Translations under genes and position numbers: made by a program
Shown: in pieces, positions 12,890 to 26,254 of the stretch
Layout of the letters: each line of letters opens with the position of its first letter
How positions within the stretch are numbered: the stretch's first letter is position 1
The notes under the pieces: generated by a model
Told to the model about the DNA's origin: nothing
What the model saw: the letters and a program-made list of their open reading frames with translations, nothing else
Databases searched by the model: none
Source: Epiperipatus broadwayi
Taxonomy: Eukaryota; Animalia; Onychophora
Reading direction: 5' to 3'
Length of the DNA stretch: 64,000 nt
NCBI GenBank assembly: GCA_028023455.1
Contig: JAQFVV010000010.1
Span: 6,014,001-6,078,000, forward strand

Positions 12890-14830
12890 AGAGTGTGGTG
12901 TGAAAAACAAAACATCAAAACCAATTGACTAACCAAAAAAGAGAAAGTCATTGCATGCATCTCCAAAATGATTAGAAATAAACAACTACAAGCTGGGTTT
13001 CAAGACTGGAGTAGGAAGATTAAAAATACTAAGCAATTTTTTGCAGATAACAAAGTCATCTGCCTCAAAGAAAACAAAGGTAATAGATTTGTGTTAATGA
13101 ACAGAAATGAATACAAAAAATAAAATCTACACCCAGATCGAGAAATTGAAGTTCGAAAATGTGGAGGATTTTAACAACAAACTTAACCATGATAAGTTTA
13201 TTTCTACTATTCTGCGTGCTAATCATGATAAAGCTATAGCCAAAGCAGGTATTACCATATTTACCCCTCCTCCTTGACTCCCCCTAGGATGTTCATGAAT
13301 GTAAAATTACACAAGCCCTGGTGCACAGCTGAGGCTTATGTTGGATTTTGGGAGCACGCACTATTTTAATACTGCGATCTTAGTTAACCAATGGCTAATT
13401 AATGCCTTGGGCTTTGGGATGTATACAATTAATTCATCATTTGAATTTGTTGACAGAATTAAGAAAGCATTTGTTGAACCGAATTTTAAAGTTGCTGCAC
13501 TTGACATCAATAGAAAAGCATCTACTGAGATGATCAAAAATGAGTTAAAAAATAGGGACTGCTTACCTATATGTGTCAAATTCATCACTGACTTCCTCAC
13601 ATGGCTTGATAGCAGTATTTGAGGGGAAATGGTTTCGTATGGGGAATGGTTGGCCCAAGAGTCTCTCCATGAATGGGATTATGTCTAGTATCGTGCTCAA
13701 CCACTATGAAAAACAAATTATGCCTAAATACTACAATAACACACCTAATATAGTCTACACTTGATATGTAGTTGATATATTTTTATTGGCCCCGGAAAAC
13801 ATAATTAACAACATTTACAATGACCTCCATATTGCTACAAAATTAATCTTGAACGTTACATGGGAAGATGAAAAGCGTGAGGTCAAATATCTTGACATTC
13901 AAATTCAAAGGAATGAACCACAGCTCAACTACAGAATGATACTTAAACCACCGGAAATAAAAGGCCAAGTCCATCCTAGTTCGAATGCACCATAGGTCCA
14001 CAATTTGGCAGTTTTGTCTTTGTTTCTTTTTAGAAATCATCATTTATGTAAATTTGAGGCTGACAAGAAAGATAATTTGATGAGATTCATGGCAGGCCTG
14101 GAGAACATGAGATACAAATGCGGACTTATCAATAGAAAGGTTAAACAATTTTACCACAAGCTTAGATTCAACCCAGTTATAGAAAATAAACCACAGGTTC
14201 TGCTACCATATATACCCTCTATACCTAAACTTTTAGTCAAAAAGCTTTCCAATGACTTCAAAGTAGGCTTTCATTCACCACCAACTACCAATAGATTAAT
14301 CAACAATGCAAAGGACCTAATTACACCTGAACTAATCCCCCACATCATGTATAAAATGACTTGCCCCCAACAAAGGTGCCAAGCAACCTATTACGGTGAA
14401 ACTAAAGCAAATATTGCCACTAGAGTATCGCAACATCGATACATATACCATAAAACGCGAACTAAGGCCGAAGGCAGCTCAATATTTTTAGGGCACAAAA
14501 AAGTCACAGGCCACACCTTCCTATCAGCTTCAGCCGAGATAATGTGCACAGAGCGCAACGATGCAAAACCCAAAGTGAAGGAGGCTTGTTTTATCGCAGA
14601 TGATCCCAAAGCAATCAACTGAAGAGACACCTGCTTTACTATCTCTAAAAAGTGGACCGTTTAAACATTATTGAATAAATTTGCATACATTACTGTGGCA
14701 CTCACTAACTACTAGTGAAAAGAGCTATGAATATGGGAACATAGAATTCCCGAAAGCACTTAGCTTATCAATTGTTATGTATAGCCTCATTAATTGTGTA
14801 TAAATTGCAAGCTTAATATTATGAAATATT
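12890..14830 (+). mobile_element. Penelope-like element 3 (RT + GIY-YIG), disrupted
   Basis: ENKGNRFVLMNRNEY, PRMFMNVKLHK, GIMSSIVLNHYEK, YVVDIF, VKYLDI, PYIP; GIY-YIG IMYKMTCPQQRCQATYYGETKANIATRVSQH..KEACFI..AIN (ORF 14005..14622). Confidence 0.92.
14721..14766 (+). ncRNA. Degenerate minimal type-I hammerhead ribozyme in the PLE-3 pseudo-LTR
   Basis: agagct-aTGAAtAT-GGGAA(catagaa)TTCCC-GAAA-gcact-t-agctt: stem II and GAAA are intact; the CUGANGA box has 2 substitutions. Confidence 0.55.
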
Positions 14831-15770
14831 AATGAAGTTAATTGTTTAGTTATTACAATATATAATCAGTTTTTCTTAATATCAGCCAATCTGGATTTTC
14901 ACTTTATTCAAGCTGCATCAAACCTTCATTATGATGACCGAGTAGAAAAAAGATAAAACTGCCTACTTCTGAAGTCTAATCTGGATCTCTGGAACCTAAC
15001 TATGCTGTTTGTGAAATCCAAATAAAAAAACAAGACCTAAACCTCAAATTTCAATGGCAGAAATTTGCTAAAGGACGTAATAGCAACTTATAAAAAGAAT
15101 CAATTAATACATGCCATCATGGGAGAAATATTAGGTCAAAAAGAAAACCCCTCAATGAACTGTAAAGAAACTGGCTTCAAAACTTTTGCTTCATAAGTTA
15201 AAAAAAATTGTTTAGACTATTATCCTAATGTATTAACTATTTTGTTTTATTTTAATATAGATTGATTGAAGCAAGAAGCAAAAATTTTTCAAAAAAATAA
15301 TTATTTCATTTTAAAGCAACTGAAATTAAAAAAAATTTTTTTTTATATATATAAAAAAAAAAATTACCCCATCTTGTCTTTACTATATAGATGTTATGAT
15401 TTATTAACTTTTTTTTAAAAAAAAAATTTTCTTTAATGTGAAATTGTCAGATAAATAATCAATGGTTTAATATTCATTTTAAACATAAATGTGCATGCTT
15501 GTAAATTATCCAAATGGTAAAAATAAAGACTATAATATAAGTATTGGTATTTTAAATTAAAGCTTTATTTTGACATTTGAGTCCATTTGTACATATATAT
15601 CCTTGTATTAATGGTCGCAAATTAGGTTTTATATATTGAAATGGTATATTCATGTCCTCATATATGTTTCACCTATTTTTTCCCATAACTCTATCTATGT
15701 CAGTTTTAAACTTTTCCAGAGAACGTATATAAAATTGCTAACAGTCATATATGTATCACCGCATATATAT

Positions 15771-16672
15771 CAGGGGACGAAGAATCTATGTATTGAACAG
15801 AATGAGTGCTTCTGTAGAAAAATTCACTAAAACTTTTAAAAGCTTTAATTAAAATTAAATTTAAAAAATTCACTTTCAATTTTTTTTTTTTACTAACAGT
15901 TGAATTGTTTTATATATAACGAAAGAATGACCTTGACTAACACATTCTAACGCAGTTTTTTTTTTTACTAACAATTGAATTAGTTTTATATATAACGAAA
16001 GAATGAACTTGACTAACAAATTCTAATGGCATTTTTTTTACTAAAAGTTGAATTAGTTTTATATATAATGAAAGAATGAACATGACTAAGGCATTCTAAT
16101 GCAGTTTTTTTTACTAACAATTGAATTTGCTTTATATATAATGAAAGAATGAACTTGACTAACGCATTCTAATGCAATTTTTTTTTACTAACAGTTGAAT
16201 TTATTTTATATATAACGAAAGAATGAACTTGACTAACGGATTCTAACGCAATTTTTTTTACTAACAGTTGAATTAGTTTTATATATAAAGAAAGAATGAA
16301 CTTGACTAACGCATTCTAACACACTTTTTTTTTACTAACAGTTGAATTTGTTTTATATATATATATAACTAAAGAATGAACTTGACTAACGCATTCTAAT
16401 GCAATTTTTTTTACTAACAGTTGAATTCGTTTTATATATAATGAAAGAATGAACTTGATTAAGCATTCTAATGCAGTTTGTTTACTAACAGTTGAATTCC
16501 TTTTATATATAATAAACGAATAAACTTGAATAACGCATTCTAATGCAATTTTTGTATAATGTATATATATGTATTAGGCTTTATTACGTAAAAATTGTTG
16601 TAGCAAGTGAAATAAAAACATTATAAAAAAAAAGTATGTATCTGTTCCTAAAAAAATCACGCTTCCTCACTG
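15771..16672. mobile_element. hAT-like MITE (CAG..CTG termini, 8-bp TSD atatatat)
   Basis: Termini caggggacgaag / cttcctcactg with atatatat on both sides; the paralogous site near 49570-49590 lacks the insert. Confidence 0.7.
15880..16555. repeat. Minisatellite, ~74-bp unit x ~9
   Basis: Unit (T)n-actaacagttgaattagttttatatataacgaaagaatgaacttgactaacgcattctaatgca recurs every 72-78 bp. Confidence 0.95.
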
Positions 16673-19600
16673 ATATATATGCGAACAAACACTGTATATC
16701 ATAGATATAGACATATTGCAGTGAGTAGTTTTATTTATTAAATTAAAATGTTAAATAATAAATTTTGTTTCGTTAAAAAAGTCAGCTTTTTATTTTAAAT
16801 ACTAAAATTGCATGTATATATGTGTATTCCACATATATAGAGAGTAATGTTATTTAAACATTTCTTGAGATTCTTAAATTTAACTTGAAATTATGATAAA
16901 CAAGAATCACGCTATGCACACCTGTGTTAGCATAGCATGAGATAAAAATCTAAAATTGCAGATTTAGAAATAATATTTGTCGAAAATGTATTTAGTTGTA
17001 AACAATATCTACTGAGCTGGAACTATTTCCAGATCTTTAGGAATTGAGACACTCAAATTGAGTTGAAAATATTATGTTAAAACTTAAAACAAAGGGTTTA
17101 AATAAATTTAGAAAATTAAATTATAAAATAGCAAATAGTTAATAATGGATTATTGGCAGAAAATAATTTGTTTGTCAAAATTATAACCTGATCTTAAAAT
17201 ATTATAAATAGGCCGTATTTCATATTTCAAGAGCTTAATCTATACTTTTCAGGAAATGTTGAAAGCAGTCTCCATGCCAATTAAAACTTTAACATGCCAG
17301 AGTAGGATGGCATAGATTATACCATTTCCCTGCAGGAAGATTGCAATCTCTGGTCCCATCCTACATGCTGACTAGCACGGTATCATCACCATCACCATAG
17401 GAATGGGCAACGTTCCTATCAATGGCCTGCCACAAGACCATGAATAATTTAGCTGCCTATCCAGAGTGCTACTTCATCTGCCATCCAATGTGCTTAAAGT
17501 ACAAGCTGCAACCAAGAAGCTCAGTAATATTTTTTCCGACACCACAGAGCTCTAAATCAACTTCTAAATCTTTAAACCTTCAAATCTATTAAGCTAGCTT
17601 ATATAATGTAAACTGAATGTTCACCACTTAATTCTTAAAATTCTGTTAAAGTAATATAATTTATAAACTGTTATAAAGCTTGCCTGACCCACCTGTATAT
17701 TTTAATTTTGTTTCTCTAAATTATAATAATTGTAATCAGTTATTTATCTAAATCTCTTTAGTACTGCGGTTATGCTTATATATTGTTTTAATTATTCATC
17801 TAAAATTTATTTTATATGTTATAATATGCCTAGTATATCGATACAGTGAGCACTGTAAATTTAGTAAACTTTCAACAGAGAAATGATTATTAATATCTTC
17901 ATTTTAATATTTTAGTAATGCTATTTAACTTGCTAGCACACTGTTTCGAAATCCTATTATGTTAGATAATAACTGATTGCTACGTGCTCATTATTATCAT
18001 TTGATTTAGACTTACATTATCTATATATCTATGGTGGTTTGTATAATCAGATTTGTAAATTATGACTTCTAATATCTAGTATTTAGAAGTAATAGGCTCG
18101 GTAGACATTATATTAAAGTATATTTATTAATGTCTTATTAATTGCCACTAAATATACTTTCTCCTCCTTAATAATTATTAAAGATGCAGATTGAGTATTT
18201 TAAATGAGATTAATAATTAAGTTTAGTCCGTTAAGTTAGCATGATAATAATGCTATTTTAAGAACTGGATTCTATTAGCTATACAGATAGAAGCTACCTG
18301 TTTTTACGCGCATTTAATTTAAATATTGATATTTGTATTTTATTTATGCATTGCGAGTGAGTTTTTACAAAGTACACACTTGTACATTACTTCTTGCAGC
18401 ACCTTTTCAAGGGCTCGTGATGGAGGCTGCCCCTATACACTAATTTCAGGTAAAAGCACCAAGCACGTTATTGGGGTAAGGGCCCAGGACTATTGAGTAG
18501 CCTATCTGAGTTTCCTGAACTACAAATGTTCGTATATTAATTGTAGCAAGCTGTCCAGTCCTAAGCTACTGCGCATTTTAATGTGAAATCCCATGAATAA
18601 TTAGCCACTCGCACCGCGAACTTATTCTTAATATTTCCGTCAGCGCCATAGCATATATATGTGGATTTAAGGTAACCAGTTCTTTCCCCATATTAAATAA
18701 CTATTCAGCATTTGTCTAAAATCCAAATTTTTAATTATTAGACTGAATCTGTATCCCTTGTGAGCTCATTTTAAAGCTCAATCTTAATATATATATATAT
18801 ATATGTATATATCAGTCATCTAGCGCTATAGTAATCTATTTTAGGCTAGAATATGCACTTGTGAAATAGGCAAACCACAATGTAATAATAGGTTTGGCAT
18901 ATTAAATGAATAGGCATAACTTTAACCACACACACACCTATTAAAATATGTTAAGATGAGATCGCTGTAACATTTAGTCCCATCCACTATATAATGCCTG
19001 CGTGCATTTAATCCCACATATCATTTATTGTAAAAGTAATTGTTTTCATTTTATTTTAAAATTTAGTTTATTAATAAATCTATTAAATTTTAACTTAGTT
19101 TCATATCTTTTGCTTGCAATACAAATTTCAAATCCATTAATATGTTATATATATTAAATATGCATTATATTTAATTATTAGTATTAATTTTAATTTAGTT
19201 AATCATTAGCATGTTGTCTATTCAATTAAATCTTTAGTTAGTTATTATTTGGTCAATTTTTGGGTCTCATATCTCTCCCTGTTAGGAGCTGGCTTGCAGA
19301 TCAAATTAAGACCCGTGTGTAACCTCAGAAATATTTTTCAGAGTGTTAAGCCATGGAACACTGGTTGCTAGGTTGAAGCTTGGTTGGACCTAGGATCTAA
19401 CCATCCCAGATTGGTCAGCTTTAGTATATTTTATCTGGACTCTGGGTTTTGTTACATGAATGTATAAATCTGACCATTACAGTATATTAGAACTTATTAT
19501 GAACATACAATTGTTAGATCACTGTTGAATGATTATTATTCATATCTATAAGGATTTATTCATGGTTTGATTCAAAGAACCATCTCATATAATTAGTTTG

Positions 19601-19951
19601 TATCACTGTTAAATTGGGATTCGGATATAAATTGGCCACTCTTTAAAATTATCATTGTAAGAGAGGTGTATTAATTATAATTATCCCATATTAGAAATAT
19701 GTGTGTGATTATGCTATGAAATTTTCTGATATAAATAAATGTATTATATCTGTGAGGATCAACCACATGTAGGATTATATCCAGAGTGTATTAGAGGCCA
19801 GGATTTACTCTATAACAAATATGCTAATTATAAAAAATAAGTTGTATTATAAGATGTTATAGAAAGATTAATGTTTAACATTAATCAAAATAAACCTTGG
19901 ATACTTTATAAATAACTATTATATTATTTTCCACCATGCATGTGAGCTAAA

Positions 19952-19982
<31 letters not shown>

Positions 19983-20985
19983 GATTGGAGAAATGGCTTA
20001 TTTAAAGAAAAGAACATTTTATTTTGTCTGACAATTATAATATTTTGTAATAAACCAGTTTGTTAACTTCTTTATATGTATTGTTATCTGGTTTCTGTGT
20101 ATATATTACATGTCCACTTGATCAGGAGTAACTTAATTTTACATGTGAGCTAACCAGGGATTGCAAATATTGACTGTGTAGTGGTCATCATCATCATATT
20201 AAAGAAAATATTTTCAAATCTTATTTATATATATATACGTAAAAATATATGAGCCAGTTTATTTTTTAATGTTCAGTGACATGTGGCACCTTAATCAATT
20301 AAATAAAAGTAAATAATTTAAACATACATAAGCTAACCATCACAATATATATATATATGAGATAGAGTATATAAATTACCTAAATGCAGTTACTAATATA
20401 AACTTATACTTCCAAATTATAATTTATTAATATTATTATTAAATTAATATTTAAAAATAAATTATTACAGACTCTAATATTCATTTTTTAGAAAATGACC
20501 CCCCACTCTCACACATGTGTATTTCCATAAATGAGTACTAGATTAAAAATGAAACGCCAAAACCTTTTCATTTTCAGAAAAATAATGACATGAAATAGAA
20601 TACACACATATTTTTATATATTATTTCAATTGCAATTTTATGAAGATTATGATAATTCTATTTACAAAATGTCTATTTTAAAGCATATATTAAAATTCAT
20701 AATTTATGAATAAACTTAAAAATATGAAATTTAAATATATAAAATCATTTTTTTTATTTTACAATAACGATTATATTTTCTCAATTTCAGTGACATTTAT
20801 GGTAGCTTCATGAAATTATCTTTCACGTCACATAAATGTAAGTTATTATGAAAAGTGTACCTTCATCCAAATGTGGTTGTAAACAGATTAAAGAGATACA
20901 ATATTAATTTTATTTAGTATAATTTATCTATTTATTGTTTATTATTTTGGTTGATGTCTAATATATATTTTTTTTAATAAAAATG

Positions 20986-23900
20986 GGTACTTGTGATTTT
21001 TGACCCATGTGGCCACCGGAGGTGCTGGTCTGTCAACCACAGAAATACTTAGAGTAGGGGCCCCAAATGCAGCAATGCAAATTCCAGTCATTAGGTGGTG
21101 CTGTTCACAATGCGTAAGCACAGGAACATTACACTAGCTGCTGGTCGCAATGCGTAAGCCCATTTAGCTTACATTGTCTGCTACCAACAGACACCAAGAA
21201 CCTAGGTGGCGCTGATTGCCATAAACACATCTAGCTTATGTGTCGTCTGCTAACAGCAACTACCAAGACTCTAGCTCACTACATGGTGCTGTTTCTCCAC
21301 GGTTACACACGGAAAAACTACACAATGATAGAGTTTATGTACATACTACTTAAAGCATGAATGGCGTATAATATACAGGTGTGATTAATTAAGAAGCTAC
21401 AACTACTTAAATATGCATTCAAACTTAATAGTGTCACATGCTTTTTCAATTTTATAAATGGATGTATTTTTAAATTATTTATTTTTAAAAATCGATCTTT
21501 TTTTTTTTTCATTATTTACTCTAAAAGTGGTTTTTTTTTTTAAATTTAAAAAAATGTAATTTTTACCACAATCATTTTTTTTTTTTTGTTTTTTTTTAAA
21601 AAAGCTAATTTTTTTTTGCCTTCTTTCAAAACTAGAGACATTCCAAAGATAAAATCTAATATATTTAATTAATAGGGGCTTTACTAATGAATAGCTATGG
21701 TCAATTAGTGAATTGGATTGATTTAATAATGAGACAGAAACTGATATATGATGAATTATATTTATTGACAATTTCATATATACTTGATATAACCCATTAC
21801 TTAGCTTTGGATAATGCACACAGGCATTTATTTACTAAACAACATTAATCTAGGCCATTTAGCAAAATAAATTTGTGGCTATTATTTAATTGGCTAATTT
21901 TATGCTATATAATAAATCACTACATTCCACTTATTAGTTATGCCCTTTCATCATCAGTTCGAGTGGCTATTATACAGCTATTATACATGTAATCAAACCA
22001 AGTCTGGAGTGAAGCTTAATAATATATCCGGTTATGATAAATTTATATATTAAATATGGCATATAAAGCTCACAGATAGCTTTAGATCGAACGGGTTTTC
22101 AAGAATGCTTCTGTTCAACACCGAAGATTGCATATTATGGAATAGAGTTGGCTATAAAGATTTTACTAATACACACAAGTAAAATATAATAATAAAGTGG
22201 CTCCATCTTATATATATATATATTTAAAAAAAAAACAGCACAACGATAAAATATTGATAAATTTCACATCCGCCAAGCCGAAGTATATTATAAATTAAAT
22301 ACCATAGATTAAATGAACACTAGTTTATCAGCTTGATCAAAAGAGCCAACTCTTCTGTAACATGAGAAATACATATATGCTACTGATGGGAATACGTATA
22401 TACACAAACTTTACTTTATCCCGTTCAATCTCTTAGTTATCTATAATTAATAAACTTTTAAAGGGGGAAAGTATATTTAAGGGACTTACGAATACTTTAA
22501 TAAGAAAAATATACTTATGATTACACTCCAGGCTAGTTTAATCTTTAGTAACATAATAATTAAAGGTTGAAAGTTTGGATTTATAACCACATTTTATATT
22601 TACATTAATTATTTACTAAATGACAAAATAATAACGAGCACAAAGGGTCGCCATTATTTATAAATTAGGGTTTCGAAACGGAGCGCTAAATGACGCTATA
22701 ATTAATACAATACGAAGATTTTAAATAATATCTTCAAAAAGAATATATTTTGTAACTAAATGCGCACCGTTTTGAGACATAGGCATAATTAATAAAAACT
22801 AAAATAAGCAAGAGAGAAATAAATATAACTGCAGTGATTAAGTTATATAGCAAAACAAGAAGTTAATAAAGGAAATTAACAAAAGTATGTCATTTATAGA
22901 ATTGAAATATTATTGATAAGATAATTTAGAAAGACTTTACAATATAGTTAGCTAACCTGATTTTGAAGCAATAATGATTATTTTGAATTTTACACAGAGC
23001 TCTGCGATTTTAATAATTTTAAAACAGTTCTCCTATAGCTGGACTGGAGATACTCGAGTTGGAACGAAGGTGAGTTCTTTGGCGGCTTATGGCATCTTCT
23101 CTTTAGTTGGTAGATGATTTAAGATGGTATTCCTATAGCTGGATTTGGGGTAGTTGAATTTGAACGAAGGTGAGTTCTTTTAACGGCTTATGGCATCTTC
23201 TATTTATTATAAGCTTGTTAAGGCAACGTTGGTTGTTGCTCCGGCCTGATTTAATAATAAAATCTTTTGTTGAAACAAATTCAATCAGTGAACTAGATTT
23301 TACTTTTACCCCAGGTGTGGTCACTAATTGATTTCTTGTTTACACAACATTCCCATTTTTAATTATAAACCGATGACTTTTATTTTAACTTGATATAAAT
23401 AACTTTTACATATTTTCTTTATATTGTTTATTTAAAAATAAAAACAAATTTGACAGATCTTATAAAAAAATATTTTAGTTTCAATTATATCTATAAAACA
23501 TTAAATCAGAAAACCGTGAATATATTTTAAAGAAAACATTTTATATTATTTTTATTTAATCTTAAATATTATATGTACAAATCATTGTGCCATAATTTCA
23601 TGGTTTAAATTATCCATCCACATACGAATATAATACAAATATAAAATTTAGAATTGACTTATAGATTAATAAAATATTTTATGAATAATTATGAGGATTT
23701 CTATGCTATAATTTTATCAAACCTGTCTAATTATAGTGTACTTTCGTATGTAAATGGATGATGCCATGATAGCAAATTTCACCGCTCGACTTATACATAA
23801 CATTTTGACATTTAGAATAGGTTCGAAACTAGTTCAGAAGAATAAGTCATAAGCATCAAACATTTATATCTATTTCAATGGACCCTCATGCATTCAGTGT

Positions 23901-25164
23901 TGCTCTTAATAATTTAAATGGAATGTTTTTTCTTAATCTTTTAAACAATCCAAATTTCAAAAATAATTCCTCAATCTGTGTTTGTTTTATAGACCATGAC
24001 ATTATATTAAATGTATATATTTTTTAACCTGCAACTTAAATCTGTGGATGACACTACACATATCTTGGATTTCTGTCCTATCTTCATTAATTTACATCAT
24101 GTGTTGTTTCCTTCAAAACAGAATCTTTTTGCTATATTGTCATTTCTGAGTCTATATAATATTAATTTTAATGAATTTATTATTTACCAAAGATAGTAAA
24201 ACTTGAATAGTTTATAAATAATAGATGTATGTGTATACATAAATTGTACTGTAAACTTCCTTTAAATTTGAACTGAATAGATATTTAAAGGAGAGTTTGA
24301 TTTGCTTTTTCTCCAGTAATTTAATCTTCGAATTATTGTTTGCCGTGTAACAGCTTTTTAAAATAACATGTTTGCGAAATATTAAGTGAAAGATGTATAA
24401 ACTGAAATATAATTTGTATTACTTTAAAAGTTATTGGATAATATTGTTTGAAAGTGTAAAAAAAAAAGTTTTACAAACAATCATCTTTTAAAATAATACA
24501 GTTTTGAAAGAAAGGAAAAAAAAATTAGCTTTTTTTAAAAAAAAAAAAACGATTGTCGTAAAAATTACATTTTTAAAATTTAAAAAAAAAAAACACTTTT
24601 AGAGTAAATAATTTAAAAAAAAGATCGATTTTTAAAAATAAATAATTTAAAAATACATCCATTTATAAAACTGTGAAAAAGCTTGTGACACTATTAAGTT
24701 TGAACGCATATTTAAGTAGTTGTAGCTTCTTAATTAATCACACCTGTATATTATACGCCATTCATGTTTTAAGTAGTATATACATAAACTCTATCATTGC
24801 GTAGTTTTTGTGTGTAACCATGGAGAAACAGCGCCACGTAGTGGGCTAGAATCTTGGTAGTTGCTTTTAGCAGACGACACATAAGCTAGATGTGTTTACG
24901 GCAATCAGCGCCACCTAGGTTCTTGGTATCTGCTGGTAGCAGACGATGTAAGCTAAATGGGCTTATGCATTGTAACCAGCGCCACCAAGCGGGCAGCTTT
25001 GCTGCCAGCCAGCTGGTGTAATATTCCTGTGCTTACGCATTGTGAACAGCCACCTAACGGCTGTAATTTGCATTGCTGCATTTGGGGCCCCTACTCTAAG
25101 TATTTCTGTAGCTGACACAGACCAGCACTTCTGGTAGCCACATGGATCAAAAATCACAAGTACC
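20986..25164. mobile_element. Merlin-like non-autonomous DNA transposon with ~650-bp TIRs
   Basis: TIRs 20986-21633 and 24500-25164 are highly similar; termini GGTAC..GTACC; 8-bp TSD taaaaatg on both sides; no transposase recognised inside. Confidence 0.8.
23024..23202. repeat. Two ~75-bp direct repeats (period ~107 bp) inside the Merlin-like cargo
   Basis: cctatagctgga..gaacgaaggtgagttcttt..cggcttatggcatcttct occurs at about 23034 and 23133. Confidence 0.85.
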
Positions 25165-26254
25165 TAAAAATGTTTCGCAAGTATGCATACATATTGCATA
25201 TACATATTAAAAACATCTGCACTATATGTTTGTTAAAAATAAATTATATTGTTTGCTATCATGATTAATTTTAATACCTGCATCAAGGCTTGGAATTAAT
25301 CATTAAAGATACAAATTCTCTATTGTATTAATTAAAAAGATATTAGGTTAATTTTAACTTATAAAACTTCATATATTATATATTTCTGACATCTACATTC
25401 ACTGAAGATTGTAAAGCTTGAGTGGAAAATCTTTTTTCTGCCAAACGTAATTGAGATATTTATAATATCATTTGTGGGCATATAAAATTATCAGTTTAAA
25501 ACTTAACCTGCTATATTTGATTACAAATTTAATTAATTTACTCCTAATCATTAGAAATGAGCAACCTTTTCAAGTAGGAGGTCAATTTCAACTTTCACTT
25601 TTTAAACAAGGGCCATCATTTTTTTGTGAATTAAAAATAAAGTAACATTATTATTATTAATGATTGTTCCATATTAGTGGTGATTTTTTTAAATTGCCTT
25701 GTTACTGTTTTTCAACATAATTATATTCTCAATTTTTTTTTTTGACTACTGGGTAAACTAATTTTACTGCAGCTAGAATACAGACTTTTATAAACTCCTC
25801 ATCAGAAAATAGTTTTGAATTTTCTGCTTTTCTTTTTTTTAAAATAATATAATTTGCTTTCATAGAATTTTCTTACTTGTTTGTACTTTTTATATAACAT
25901 GTCAGCCACTTGATGAAGCTCTTTTTAAAGTTTTCTATTTTAATATTTCTTTCTTCCCCAACACTTTAGTTGTATTCAGAATGTTTTTGTATTCTTTATT
26001 ACCTTCCAGACATAAAAAGCACATCAATTTACTATTTCTTTCTATAAAAAAAGAAATATATCATTGATCCATTTCTTTTGAAATGTTTGATTTTCTGCAA
26101 AATTTTGCTTATTTTACTTGGTGTAGCCATTCTAATAAAAAAAAAAAAATTAATGCAAAATAATAATAATAAAATTTGAGTTTTATTTTTGCTAGTATAC
26201 TTTCATTTGGAAAAATCACTATAAAAACAAACAAAATGCCCTCAAATTAAATAA

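Larger units (their letters stand above)
15480..19481. mobile_element. Long non-coding interspersed repeat, solo-LTR-like, copy 1 (start approximate; interrupted by a MITE)
   Basis: Colinear homology with 49290-52313 (e.g. aagaagctcagtaatatt/aagaagatcagtaatatt, gtgtaacctcagaaat). Ends in ctgaccattaca; TATA-like motif at 17203. Confidence 0.65.

Noticed and set aside
15880-16555. Regularly spaced repeats as a possible CRISPR array
   Set aside because: The whole unit repeats without unique spacers, the context is eukaryotic and there are no cas genes; it is a minisatellite.
23800-23845. cgaaactagtt motif resembling a hammerhead stem III
   Set aside because: No CUGANGA box or stem II upstream.
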